Shown here piece by piece: positions 1 to 12,111 of a stretch of DNA of 64,000 bases. The notes under the pieces were generated by a model. It was not told the origin of the DNA, did no database searches, and saw nothing but the letters and a program-made list of their open reading frames with translations. Position 1 is the first letter of the stretch; every line of letters begins with the position of its first letter. This DNA is from Neodothiora populina (lineage: Eukaryota). The DNA is taken from positions 1,116,001 through 1,180,000 of the forward strand of contig NW_027191417.1 in the NCBI RefSeq assembly GCF_041146345.1, given 5' to 3'. Both the position numbers and the translations under genes were made by a program.

Positions 1-1295
1 GTCCTGTTATCCTTATTTGGTATTGTATTGAGTGCCTTAATTAGGTGTGGTTTCGAGAATCGCAATCTGACTACATACTGTTCATCCAATACCGAATGAG
101 CCAGTCCAGCAGTGGTACTGTATATAGAACGTAAATCTGCCTAGCTTCTTTGTGAGACTGCTAGCAAGGTAACCTTATACCTCTGCCAACATTGTCTTGC
201 AACGACCCAGCGGAAAGCTCGACCTGCCTGATAGGGAATCAATCTTGTATAGTAGGTCACGCATCATTCTAATATATGCTATTTTGTTATACTACGATAG
301 ATGGAAGCCTGTCTTATAGTACATCTCGAGGCTCTTCGGTGTGGGCAGCGGCAGGAGAAGCAGGAGACCTTCGATTAGGTATCTTCTGTACAGGAGGGTT
401 GCATCGAGTACAAGTGGATCGACGGGGTGGATGCGACAAGAGCGTGCAAAGAACAAAGCGAAAGTTTGGTTGGCTCGTCAGGCCCGGGCTACGCCCCCCG
501 TACAGCAGACGTGACTTTATCAGGCGAATTGGGCTCGTGCACACATGGGGTGGGGCGGTCTTCCCTCGTTTTTTATGGTTCTACCCTGTAACATGTGTAG
601 GATAGCGCGTGGGTAGTAATCGGTAGTGGTCAAGGAACATCACGCATCAGTGCTGCATCAGTGCATCAGCGCATCCCTTTCTTCTCCCGACTCGCTAGCT
701 CTGCACCATTTGGCCCTTTGCCTTTTGCCTTTTGCCATCTGCGCTTTCCCATGTCCATGCCCGAAGCTTGTCCTTGGACAGTGCAGCAGCGCAGAAGATA
801 CTGCACAGTAGTGCGGAAAGGGAACAAGTAGCACACTTTTGCTACGGCATCACCAGAGAGCAGCCAACCCAGTCAAGCACCCCGTCAAGGGTGATTAAAG
901 AGCAAAAAGCACTAAGCGCGCCAGACTAAGACGGCCACGGGAAACCTTGAAGACCCTCGCGCGCGCACCCACCAACGCCAATTCCCCCAGCATTGACTTT
1001 GAACAACCCATTTGTCTGAAAGTGCGTGTGCAGGTAGTGTGTCGTGTCGTGAGAAAGGGCGGGCAAGATTGCGTTTCATCCCATTTCCACTCATTTCAAC
1101 TGCGTCGCTGTGTGTCGTCTTCACCTGAGCGTAGTCAAAACAGAAAGACACTGGCAGAGACATATCGACGTCGACATCACCGCAAAGAGAAAGACTCGGG
1201 TCTTGGATTTCCAGCTTCTGTTTCTGTGGTCAGTCAGTCGGGTCCTTGGTCCTTGAAGTCGGTCGTCCAGACGTGCAACGACCAAGTGAGTCTCG

Positions 1296-1614
1296 GTAGA
1301 GGTAGAGGTAGAAGTAGAGGTAGAGGTAGCCCCGCTCGCCGCCTTCTCTTAACACCGCTCCTGCTCTGCACCGCACCGTACCTTCCAAAAGGGCTCTGTA
1401 CTGCATTGCACCGCACCGCACCGCACCGCTCTGCACTGCACTGCACTTGCACTGCATAAGCCTGCTTGCGCCTGTGCCTATGCTCACACCCGGTCCTGGC
1501 CCCGATCCCGATCTTGATTCTGATCTCGAACCTGGTTCTGATCTCGGTGCTGGCAGTGGTCGAGCGACGACGGCCGACGATACGACGACGACCACGACGA
1601 CAACCACGACGACG
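1296..1614 (+). repeat. Low-complexity microsatellite cluster upstream of CDC24: (GGTAGA)n, (GCACY)n, (GATCYY)n-like and (ACG)n
   Basis: ggtagaggtagaggtagaagtagaggtagagg at ~1296-1328; gcaccgcaccgcacc/gcactgcact at ~1408-1456; acgacgacg runs at ~1565-1614. Confidence 0.8.
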
Positions 1615-4600
1615 ATGCAGTTTGCCTCCCATGGGTCAATGTCGAGAGCCTACACCACGCCTCATCCTCAGTCACACCACGCGAAGATGCACACTTCCGC
1701 CTCAAAGCCTCCGTCTCTCGTTCAGTCCCAGGCCCACACCGGTTCTTCATACTCGATCCAGTCTGTTCCCTCGTCGAGGGACTCGGATACAACCCAAGGC
1801 ACCACCGCCTCCACTCTCTTCCCGCCCCCTCTCCCTACACCCACCTCGACCCCGGGTCCATCTTCCTCCTCCGCTCCCTCTTCGTCTGCTGGAGCGCCCA
1901 ACAATGGCGCTCCCATCGAACCCACCAAGAATGTCATGAACAAGGTTGCCGACAAGGAGACGTCGTTGTTTCAGATATGCATGACTCTGCGGCAGCGCTT
2001 GTCAGCCGTCGAGGGCTTCGATGCCTTCCTACACGATCAAGAGCAGGCCGCCGACGATGATGTCGATATCGTCACTTTACTGTGGCGCACATTCCGTAAA
2101 GGACGACCTCTCGTCGCCTTGTACGACACGTTGAGACCTGATCAGCCAATCACCGCCGATGTGTCCAGATACAATCCAGAGAAGCAAGGCAAGGCACTGA
2201 CTTCCAGTTTCCTGCGCTACTGTATCAACGAACTTCACTTTGCGGTCGAGGACTGTTTCATCATTTACGATCTCTACGGAGATGATACCACTGGCTTTGT
2301 CAAGGTGAGTCGACCCGCCGCTTCTTCTTGCTCCTCTCACATGATCATGACCGACATACTGACGCGCTTGTGACAGGTCACCAAGATGGTGTCCAGACTG
2401 CTCGACCTCATGGTGGAAAAAGGACTCATCGAGGACAGCCGTCCGGACGAAGCAGGCGCCAGCGCAGCGACCAAGCGAAGTCAGCGCCAGCACATTGTTG
2501 CCGAGCTCGTGAACACCGAACGCACATATGTCCAGCACCTCGAACTCCTGCAAGCTTTCAAGCAGCTTTGTGAGAGCAAAGGTGTCATCACCGGAGACGT
2601 CAGCCATCGCATCTTCCACAACCTGGACTCTCTATTGAATTTCCAACGTCGATTCCTCATCCGCGTTGAGCAGACAAATTCGCTGGCCGAGGAGGATCAA
2701 AACTGGGGCAAAGTGTTCACGACCTTCAGCACGTCCTTTTCCGTGTACGAGCCATATATTGCCAACCAGAAACTTTGTGAAGAGACGGTCATGAAGGAGT
2801 TTAACAAGCTGAAAGAGGCTGGTGGCCCAATCGAGATGCGCCAGATGGTAGAATCACCTCCGACACTGTACGGTTTCCTCATGAAGCCATTCCAGCGACT
2901 GTCCAAATATCCCTTGCTTCTGAACGAGCTGTTTCGCAAGGGTGACTACGACGAAGAGCGCAAGGAAGACTTGCTACTGGGCAAAGAATGCGCGACGACT
3001 ATACTTACCCGAACCAACACCGCCATTGAAAATGAAGATAAGCTGGAGGCTGTTGAGGAACTGAAAGGTCGAGTCGAAGACTGGAAGGGCCATCGGGTTG
3101 ATGGATTCGGCAGTCTTCTATTGTTTGGCACATATACTGTGCTCAAGAGCGATAGCGCTCCTGGCAAGGACCAAGAACGAGAGGTGAGTCCATTGAAATC
3201 CAGTTATTGTTCTCGCTTTATTGACATGACGCGCGCGCCAGTATCACATTTACTTTTTCGAATCTATCCTTCTTTGCTGCAAGGACATTGACCGTAACAA
3301 GCCCAAGAACAAAATGTCGTCACGTCCGCTTGTCGACAAGAAGGGCAAGCCTAAGATGCAACTCAAGGGTCGCATCTTCATGCAGAATGTCACCGATATC
3401 ATCAAAGCGTCCAAGTCAGGCACATATACCTGTCAGATCTTCTGGAAAGGTGACCCGGGTATCGAGAACTTCACCATCCGATTCGCCTCTGAAGAGACCA
3501 TGGGCAAGTGGTACACAAAACTGCTTGAACAGAAGAAACTATGGGATGGCGTCACCTCGCAAGGCGCGCCTACAGCACCAACGGTGGCATCAACAACATC
3601 GACGTCAGCGGCGTCGATAGCTCATAGCCACCGACCTTCTGGTACATCTGCCACAGAGTTCACATACATGCGCGATCAGCCGGCCATAGAGAACCCTTAT
3701 CGTCAGACAGACGATGATGAAGACGACGATGCCGACAGCGTCGCGCACGGCGTCCCTTTCCCAGCTTACAGTTCTGAGTTCCCAGCGAGCCGTAACGGAT
3801 CAAACACGAGTCTACGCTCACGCTCGACCACTGGGGAGAGCGGCCCTCCAGTAGGAGGGGCAGTCACCTCTCGCATACAGCCACCTCGTTTCCCGTCCGG
3901 CAGCATCGGCTCGCAGTCACTCAGCCTCCGGACGCAATCCCCAGGCTACATGCCTTCACCCTCGGAAAAGTTTGCCGAGTCGTACTTCTCTCCCGTCATA
4001 GATACGCCAATGTCCTCCCGAACCAGTGCTTCTTCAAACATGTTCCCCTTCCCTCGCCAGCCTATACCCGCAAACACATATTATGAGGAAGGCCATGGTC
4101 GCTATACGGCTCCAGTCATGAGTCGAACTGCGTCGCGCGAGAACACTTCCGCAGCGAGCATCGCTCGAGGTACTGGACCACGCCCGTCTTTTCCCGCGGG
4201 TGCAGGTATGCATAGCTCGCAACAGGTCCCACTGGCTCGCAACAGGTCCGCCAGTAGTCCCGATATCCATGCTCAGCTGCGTGCGTTGAGCGCACCCCGA
4301 CCTCCAATGCCTGAAGGTCCCATGCCTTCATTCTCCAGCGTGCAGTATGGTAGCCCAAGAAGCCAGAGCAATTCTCCTAATTTGCCCAGCTCGATGGTAG
4401 GACGATCGGGACCACAGTCAGCCAAGCTCGCTCGCAACCCGCAAAGTGGCATGTTGGAGCCAGCCTACGCTTCATACGAACACGCTGCGGCCGCACGTGC
4501 AGATCCACGCTTAACGCCGCTTATACAGACCCGGAGCAACACTCCTACGCAATTCCATCGCATCGATACAGCAGTGTCTCCGCCGCCGTCCTCTGCTACT

Positions 4601-4930
4601 ACACTGTCACCATCATCCGACATTGCATCTCCATCACAACTGAAAGTCAAGGTTCACGCCACAGCTGCTGGTCAAGTCTTGACTCTGGTCGTTCCTCTGA
4701 ATATTTCCTTCCAGTCGTTGAAGGACCGTATCGACGCGAAGCTTCAGCGAAGCACCAACATCAGCCTGACTGATCGCACTAATCATCAAGTCAAGCTCAA
4801 GTACCTCGATGAGGACGACTATGTCAGCATACAGAGCGATGAAGATGTTCAGACCGCGTTTGAGACTTGGCGAGAGCAGCGTGGAGAAGGTCTCGGTGGC
4901 ATGGGTGAGATTGAATTGTTCTGTCAATGA
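1615..4930 (+). CDS. CDC24: Rho-family (Cdc42) guanine nucleotide exchange factor Cdc24/Scd1 with CH, DH, PH and PB1 domains
   Basis: Exons 1615-2304, 2377-3183, 3242-4930; introns GTGAGT..CAG at 2305-2376 and 3184-3241. Motifs: SLFQIC..LRQRL and DLYGDDTTGFVKV (CH), ELVNTERTYVQHLE and FLMKPFQRLSKYPLLL (DH), LLCCK..MQLKGRIFMQNVT (PH), KLKYLDEDDYVSIQSDEDVQTAF (PB1). An in-frame upstream ATG exists at 1480. Confidence 0.95.
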
Positions 4931-6239
4931 TTATGTCGAACTTTTCTTCTTCCCACTTTCAGCATCTCTGAGGAGCTTGGATGTTTCAACCTGGATGTGT
5001 GGGGCATACGTGCCTTGGCCTTTGTCTATCAGCACAAATATATGCGCAACGAGAACCGAAAGCACCATCCAAGATTCAGCACCTCACGGCGTCGGTGATA
5101 TTCAGCAATTGGCGTACGGGAGTCCATCAGGCGTTTGATAGTGGCGAGCACTAACTCGCACTGAGTTGTGGCCAAGTGAGAGCCTGATATTCCATCTGCA
5201 TGGCAAGGATTTCACCTTACTACAAAGGGACTCAAGATACCCAGCTGCAACACGGTATCTGCATGGCTCCTATATTATGAATGGCTTTATGATTGATGGA
5301 TGACCTATTTTTGTTTTTGGCATTTTGTTTTCTGACGGGATGACGCCCTCTTCTCCTTTGTTAACTGCTCCTGGCGTCAAGGTCGACTTTCTGTTCTGTG
5401 AGGGAGGAAAAGGAAAGCAGGGCATGGCATTTGGTTTCTTTTTCTGCATGGCAAGGTGGAAGAAATGTGGGCTTTTTTCCTTTGCGTTTTCTATCTGATG
5501 TTCGCGACCTGTTTCCTATTTATCAGTGCAGTTTAAGGGGTTTCAACATCTTACTAAAAGATTCAGGTGGGAGGGGGAAAAGATATCCATATCGATAGGT
5601 TCAAATGCAACCTTTTTCCTTTGTTCCAATTTATATTTCATGTTCGTCTTTCATCTCCTCTGTCTTGTATGATGCTCATGTAATCGATTAACTTTGGGAA
5701 CATGTATACTCTTCTTCTGACAATACTTCGGTCTCACAATCTACCAACCAAGATATACACATGTGAACATTCACATTCTTGTACGAGACAATATTCGCCG
5801 CGATGGCTGCCTACATCTCGAGGGGTTTTCTTTCTTGTACTAGACAAAGACTATAGACAAGTAGGATAAGTGATTATTAACGAACCTCTTTTCCACCATT
5901 AAATTTCGTTCAACAATTTCGCATGTTCACGATAAGGACGATGTGCTATTCACCCCAAGAACAACAGTACCGGTACCTAAAAGGTACAGTACCTGACCCG
6001 CGTACTTGCACGTACAGTACGTAAAGTATGAACCTTACGCATCATCATATCATCATCAAGCACTCATCTCGCGCCTCCGCGCCTTGTATGAACTGTTCTG
6101 TTTCTGTTGTTTTCTGTCCACTATCTATCTATCCAGCGTACCCTTTATCGAGTTCTTGAATAAGATAAAGGCTACTCGGGTGCAGATTGAGAGAGCTCAG
6201 TAGAGGCTTAGACAAAGCCTACTGGGAAAGAAGGGGATT

Positions 6240-7528
6240 ATGACGACTGCATCTCCAAGCACGAAAGCCAGGTCGGAGGTGTTGTTCACGCTGCCGATTG
6301 AAGTCTTACTCGCGCCAGGCGCAGCGGGAAAGGTAGCGGAGGGAGCGAAGAAAGAAAACAGCAGTAACAGTAACAGTCCAGGCCGCGTGGTCTGCTATAG
6401 ACCGGCGCACAGAGTCTATGTGCTGGAGTTTAGTGCTGGGCCGGATAATCGGTTGACTACCGTATGTTTCTTTTCTCTTTCCGATGTGTGTTCCTTGCTC
6501 TTGTTCTTTGCTTTCCTCGTTCTTTTTCTGTTGTGGATTCTTTCCACGAGGGACGAGTGGATGAGTTCATGGAAAATAGTGTGATGTATGGCATTTAGGT
6601 TTTGAGGTGGAAGGAAGGGAGGGGGGCACCCTGTCTTGCCTTTCTTCGTCGTTGCATACCATCACATTGTCCATGTCACACTCACTCCCCACTCACTGAC
6701 TTATCTCACTCCAATAGCGAGAAGCAAAAGACGAAGATGCCCTCTAGCTGACACGTTGTAAAAAAAAAAACAAGCCATTCTGTCAAGCCCTCCTCACAGC
6801 GCTCGACATCATCGAAACAAAATACCAACCAGGCGTGCTCATCACCACGTCCGGAATCCCCAAGTTCTACTCCAACGGCCTAGACCTCGAGCATGCGACC
6901 TTCACGCCAGGTTTCTGGAGCCAGACGCTGTATGCGTTGTGGAAGCGGCTGTTGACGTGCGTATCTCCCTCCCCTGCGATCCGGCTTGCAGACACAGACG
7001 AGAGACTGAGAAGCCAAAAAGCTGTCCAATGCCGACCATAGCGCTGATGAACGGCCACTGCTTCGCCGGCGCGCTGATGCTAGCAATGTACCACGACTAC
7101 CGCATCATGAACCCGCACCGCGGCTACGTGTGCCTGAACGAAGTCGAGCTCGGCGTGCCCCTCTCGGCCGCCATGTCGTCTGTCTTCCGCCAGAAGTGCA
7201 GTCCGCAGACATACAGGACGTTGCTGCTCGAGGCGAGGAGATATAAAGCGCTCGAGGCGCTCAAGGAGGGGATCATTGATTCGACGGGGGGTTGGACGAG
7301 ACGCTGGCGTTTGTCGATGAGATGAAGTTGGTGGAGAAGACGGACAAGGGCGTTTTTGGGCTGCTCAAGGCGGAGATGTGGAGGGAGAGTCTGGGGTTTT
7401 TGGAGACGTATGGGGAGGAGGATGGGAAGAAGTTTAACAGGGCGCTCGTGCTGGCTAAAGAGGCTAGAGCGAGAGAGGCGAGGGTCAAGCAGTGGGAGGG
7501 CAAGGCGGCGGGAAAGAGTAAATTGTAA
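6240..7528 (+). CDS. Enoyl-CoA hydratase/isomerase (crotonase family) with C-terminal PTS1 -SKL; contains an apparent 1-nt frameshift
   Basis: Exons 6240-6461, 6775-6956, 7022-7528. Motifs GPDNRLT, KFYSNGLDL, PMPTIALMNGHCFAG, YVCLNEVELG. The frame breaks at the G6 run 7286-7291; one extra G gives ..DSTGGLDETLAF..GKSKL*. Confidence 0.85.
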
Positions 7529-8194
7529 GAAAAGCTCGTGTGAGCGAGGCAATCCGGATTGTCTGATGCAGTCAAGTAGCCGAGAACACGTACTATTGTT
7601 CTTGGATTCGGATGGTGTCACGTTCAGCTGCGGATGTGAAATATCTAGTGGAAGTAGATTTAAGGAAGCGGCGGCATATCCCTGAAATGGCGGATTGTAT
7701 GCAAGCCTCATACGGCATTGCGAATATCATCATATCGATATACAGCAGTCCCGTTCTGACACACTAGGCAGGTATCCCTACTGAAAAGAGCATGCTTGTC
7801 CCGCTTTGCATGTCGTCGCGACAGACACGGGTCTGCCTAGTCAGAAAAGCCGCCCTTTCGAGGCACTACCACAGCCCGATGCGGAGGTTCACCCTTCCTT
7901 TCTGTCAAGGGTGTATATCCATCAAATGTCCGTAGCGTGCCAAATGTGGTACGCAACGATCGAACAGCTGCGGATATGTTACGCTGTCGCTGTGAATCGG
8001 CGCCACAGTCTGCGCGATCTGGGCCCTGCGTGCGGCATCCCAGTGCGACATTCTCCCGCTTATATGGCGCAGCGATAGTGCACATAATGCCAATAATGGA
8101 TGTCATGCTGAGTCTGGTGGTGCGTGTCCTCGGCATGTCACAGTCGTGATCTTCGTCTCCTGGATTCGATCTTGGTTCTTTCTCGTCAGGCCCT

Positions 8195-9039
8195 TCAGTC
8201 GTTCTTCCAGCCCCTCTCAGCCTCGACATTGGCCTCGATCACTCTCTCGACAAAGGTCTGCATGTCGACCTGCTTCCTATCCTCTTGCATGTCGCTGTCG
8301 TCGGGCTTGCAGCAGGCTTTCTCAGCCTCGTCGTAGACGCTGTGCCAGGTAGCCATGTCGAAGGAGCCCTCGCTTTCCTCCATTATGAGCTCGCCATGCG
8401 AGGAGAATGCCAAGGTGTGCGTGGAAGCTGCCTGGGTGAGTTGCTTGGGAGTGGGATCGAGGATGAGAGAGCCGGAAGACAGCGCGGCTATGGTGACGGC
8501 GTTGAGGGTGGCGGAGAGCGGGATGGATGCAGAAAGAAGAGAGAGCACAGAGGCCTGGAGAAGAGCCGGGAGGATGGGGGGAGCCTGGCAGTCTGAGGTC
8601 AGTCTTGGGCATTGAGCGTGGTAAACAAAGTCTTCTTACAAAAGATGGCGGCAGCAGAGACTCGTCCAGCGGGGTGCTGATGACCTGCAGAGTGACCTGG
8701 ATCAGGGTGCGTGGATGGTTGTGCGTCAGGATGATGTGGCGCAGAGTTGACAGGACAATAGACTCGAGATGGCGTTCCTTGGGGCCTGGAGCGGAGTATA
8801 AGATCAGTTTTTTCTTCTCTTCATCGACGATATAGTCTTGAGTGATAGGCATTCATACTGCCCACGCCAGAAGCAGGTCTCACGTTAACCTCAATGGCAG
8901 CTTCCTCGGGGAGCTCATCTCTTCTTTGCACCTCGATTGGGCCATTTACGGCAGCAATGACGGTGTATCCGCCCGAAGAATAAGTCGCCGAGCCATCTGC
9001 TCTGTGCAGCTGAGATAGCTGTGCTGTAGGGACCGTCAT
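8195..9039 (-). CDS. RRP46: Exosome core subunit Rrp46 (RNase PH fold)
   Basis: Exons 9039-8859, 8785-8640, 8584-8195; introns GTATGA..CAG and GTAAGA..CAG. Motifs LHRADGSATY, AVNGPIEVQRRDELPEEAAIEVNVRP, HPRTLIQVTLQV, AFSSHGELIMEESEGSF. Confidence 0.9.
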
Positions 9040-9312
9040 TGTTGGATTTCGATTTTTTTCTATCATATGTTCTTGACGATTGTCGAATGAACAAATGGAC
9101 AAATAAATTCGGAAAATGACGTTTCACATGTCTTTCGGCCTGAGGCTGGCGCCAAGACTGGCTGCCTTCCCCACATTCTTCGCCCACTCGAAGTGAGGCG
9201 CCTCAGGGCACCTCCGAGGTTGTAAGTATGGATTGTATACTGTACAAAGGTAGTCTGGAATATATATCAAAACATAGCCAGATAACAGCCTTACAAGAAT
9301 AGTCGGAAGAAG

Positions 9313-9856
9313 ATGGCAGGAAAAGCCTCGAGCAGCACACGCAGACTCCTGAATGAGCTGCAAAGGTACGAGCGAGGACCGAGCGAAGCTCTGCTTCACC
9401 TCGCTCCCGTCCACGACGACGATCTCATGCATTGGAACGCGGTGATGAAAGGCGTAGACGGCACCCCTTATCAAGGTCAGATACCAAAAGACAACCCAGA
9501 TATATAGCTCTCTGTAACTCAGTCGTCGTGTCGTAGGAGGGCTGTGGCAGCTCGATATACAGATCCCCGACGGCTACCCCAATGTCGCTCCCACCATTCG
9601 CTTCGTCACACCCATCTGCCACCCGAACGTGCATTTCCGCACGGGCGAGATCTGTCTGGATCTGCTCAAGACCGCTTGGTCGCCTGCCTACACGATATCT
9701 TCGACGTTGGACTCGATCCACCAGCTCTTGACGGCGCCCGAACCAGACTCGCCGCTGAATATCGACATTGCCCAGCTGTTGAGACAGGGAGATCGAGTGG
9801 GTGCAGACGCTCTGATAAGACATTATACTCAGACCGAGAGATGGCAGTCCAGATGA
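9313..9856 (+). CDS. PEX4: Ubiquitin-conjugating enzyme E2, Pex4-like (peroxin)
   Basis: Exons 9313-9475 and 9537-9856. UBC active site HPNVHFRTGEICLDLL; N-terminus RRLLNEL..EALLHLAPVHDDDLMHWNAVMKG and PDSPLNIDIA resemble filamentous-fungal Pex4. The E2 call is certain; the Pex4 subfamily is by recognition. Confidence 0.8.
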
Positions 9857-10148
9857 TGTTTCTTCGTTCCTTTTCACTCACACCACCGTTCATGTATACC
9901 AACATCTGCGGGAGTCAAAAGTAATCGTGGTGACAAATTTCATGTTCATGTCCATGTTTGATGATATACAGAAGAAGAGGAGGATTTTGTTGTTCTCATG
10001 CCATGCTATGCTGCCCCCACAAAAAAGAAATGTCAAGTCCATAGAAGCTGTACAGCCGCAGCCCTCGAAACGCCTGTAGCCCGCCCCCCGAATCACAGTC
10101 CCGAGTCGAGCTGTCACCAAATATACAAGCTTACGACTTGTTCCAAGC

Positions 10149-11065
10149 TTATGACCTGAGTCCGAGCAAGAAGTTGCCGCCACCGTTGCTCTTGCCCTCG
10201 CCGTGGCCGCCACCGGGCAGATAGGTGACGTTGGGGTTGTTGGACATCATCTGTGCAATCTCCTTTTGCGTCTCGATTCTTCGGATCTGGATCAGACCGT
10301 CACCGCTCTTGGCCACGGCCTTGCTGATGGTGTCTGCCGCCTCGGCCTCTCCCTCGGCGCGGATGACGCTGGCCTGCCTCTCTTGCTCGGCCTTCTCGAC
10401 GATGAAGCGTGCGCGCTCGGCCTCCTGTTGTGCGATCTGCTTGTCCTCGACGGCTCTGGTGAACTCCTTGCCGAAAGTCATGTGGGTGATGGAGACATCC
10501 TCGAGGGCGATGTTGAACTCGGAGGCGCGGAGCAGAAGGTCGGCTCTGATGCGGTTCGAGACAGCCTCACGCTGGGTGATGAGCTCGGCGGCGTCGAACT
10601 GGGCGACGATGGCCTTGAGCACCTCGTTTCCGATCGAAGGCAGGACACGCTCATCGTAGTCTTGACCGAGGTTCTGTGGTGGTCAGTCAGCGATGGTCTT
10701 GGCATTACATGGAACGGAAAGCGGCGAATTGTACATACCTGGTAGATCTTGGGAAGGTTCTTGACCTCGGGACGGTGCAAGACTCTCAGAGTCAGGCTGA
10801 CCATCTGCAAATCCTTGGATCCGGTCGTGGTGCTGATGTTTCTCGGTCTGGTGCGCACATCGTAGATGATGCTCTTCTGCAGCCATGGGATGAGGAAGTG
10901 GGTTCCCTCGTTGACGACCTGCTCCTTGACACCGCCGAGACGGTCGAAGATGACAGCGCGCGTTCCTCCCTTGACGTCGTAGATGGAGGCGTTTGCGAAC
11001 GAGAGGGCGAGGGCGGCGGGGACTGCCCACTTGTAGATTGCTCCCAGAGCGTTGGCGGCGGACAT
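10149..11065 (-). CDS. PHB1: Prohibitin 1 (SPFH domain, mitochondrial inner membrane)
   Basis: Exons 11065-10739 and 10673-10149. Motifs [74 protein letters not shown]. Confidence 0.95.
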
Positions 11066-11496
11066 TTCTGTGGTCTAGTCTGGTCGAGTCGAGGATTTTG
11101 AATTTTGAATTATGCACTTTCCAGATGTCCAAGACGGGAGAGGATATGTGGAGTGGTGATTAGGATAGATACAGAAATGCCGATAGATTACTACGGTCCT
11201 CTACAGCGTCACAAAGTGGTGATGCACACTCACAGTAGTACCTCGAGTACCTCGATGCAGCTTAGGAAAGAGACGGAACCTCCCGTGCTCCCAGCCAAAT
11301 CCGGTCGACCAATCACACACCCGGCTGCTGCTGACCGAAGCCCCGACGACTACGACTTCAATCTCGAAAGTGAAGCCGCAGCGATTGCAACAAAACACGT
11401 CCGACAATTCAATTGCGATTCGCCCATCACCACCCGCACATCCTCTCTTCGACTACATCTCCCTCCCTTTCTCCAAGTAACCAAGAGTCTGTCATA
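11066..11496. promoter_or_regulatory. Divergent PHB1/QCR8 promoter containing a CCAAT box
   Basis: 431-bp head-to-head interval between two mitochondrial inner-membrane genes; CCAATCA at 11309-11315 matches the HAP2/3/5 (CBC) consensus. Function is inferred. Confidence 0.5.
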
Positions 11497-12111
11497 ATGG
11501 GTGGCGGCGGAGAAAAAAGCCTGGCCAGTGAGTCCTCCCGGCTGCCGACTTGTGTCGAGCAGTTCAATTGAATGCTCGCGCCAACCACCGACCGAGCTGC
11601 GACTGCGATATGCATGCCTGCACTCCCAGAGACTCAATTGCTGACCGTTTCTGATAGATACATGGGCTGGTGGGGTAACCTTGGTAAAGTCCACTCCTTT
11701 CCGACGTCTCCTGCGATGAGATGAATTGCGCATCTTGACACCTTCCTCGCCTCTACAACTCGCCACACCTGCTTTCCTCCTCTTCGACCGCCAATCCTCG
11801 ATCTAACCTCTTCCTCTTCTCCTCAGGCTCTCCTACTCAGAAAGGTCTCATCACCTACGCTGTCTCCCCAAACCGCCAGCGCCCTCTTGCTGGTAACGCA
11901 CATGCCGCCGTCTTCAACGTTTTCCGAAGAACCAAGGGTCAAATCCTATACTGGGGTATCCCCATCCTCCTCGGATACGAGATCATGAACTGGGCTACCG
12001 AGAGGTGCGTCTTGCCACATCCTTGACAAAAAGCCAGTCGCTGACCGAATGCGCAGAAACGAGTACCTCAACTCCAAGGAGGGCCGCGCTCTCTACGCCG
12101 ATGAGGAATAA
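11497..12111 (+). CDS. QCR8: Ubiquinol-cytochrome c reductase subunit 8 (about 96 aa); absent from the ORF track; apparent 1-nt deficit in exon 1
   Basis: Exons 11497-11527, 11658-11683, 11827-12004, 12057-12111 give YMGWWGNLGSPTQKGLITYAVSPNRQRPLAGNAHAAVFNVFRRTKGQILYWGIPILLGYEIMNWATERNEYLNSKEGRALYADEE*. Exon 1 needs one more A in the A6 run 11513-11518 to read MGGGGEKKPGQ. Confidence 0.9.

Noticed and set aside
10203..11101. Long antisense or alternative-frame ORFs over PHB1, and similar ones over PSD2, ING, DSN1 and the cyclin
   Set aside because: Shadow ORFs caused by GC3-rich codon usage and trinucleotide repeats; no independent protein motifs.
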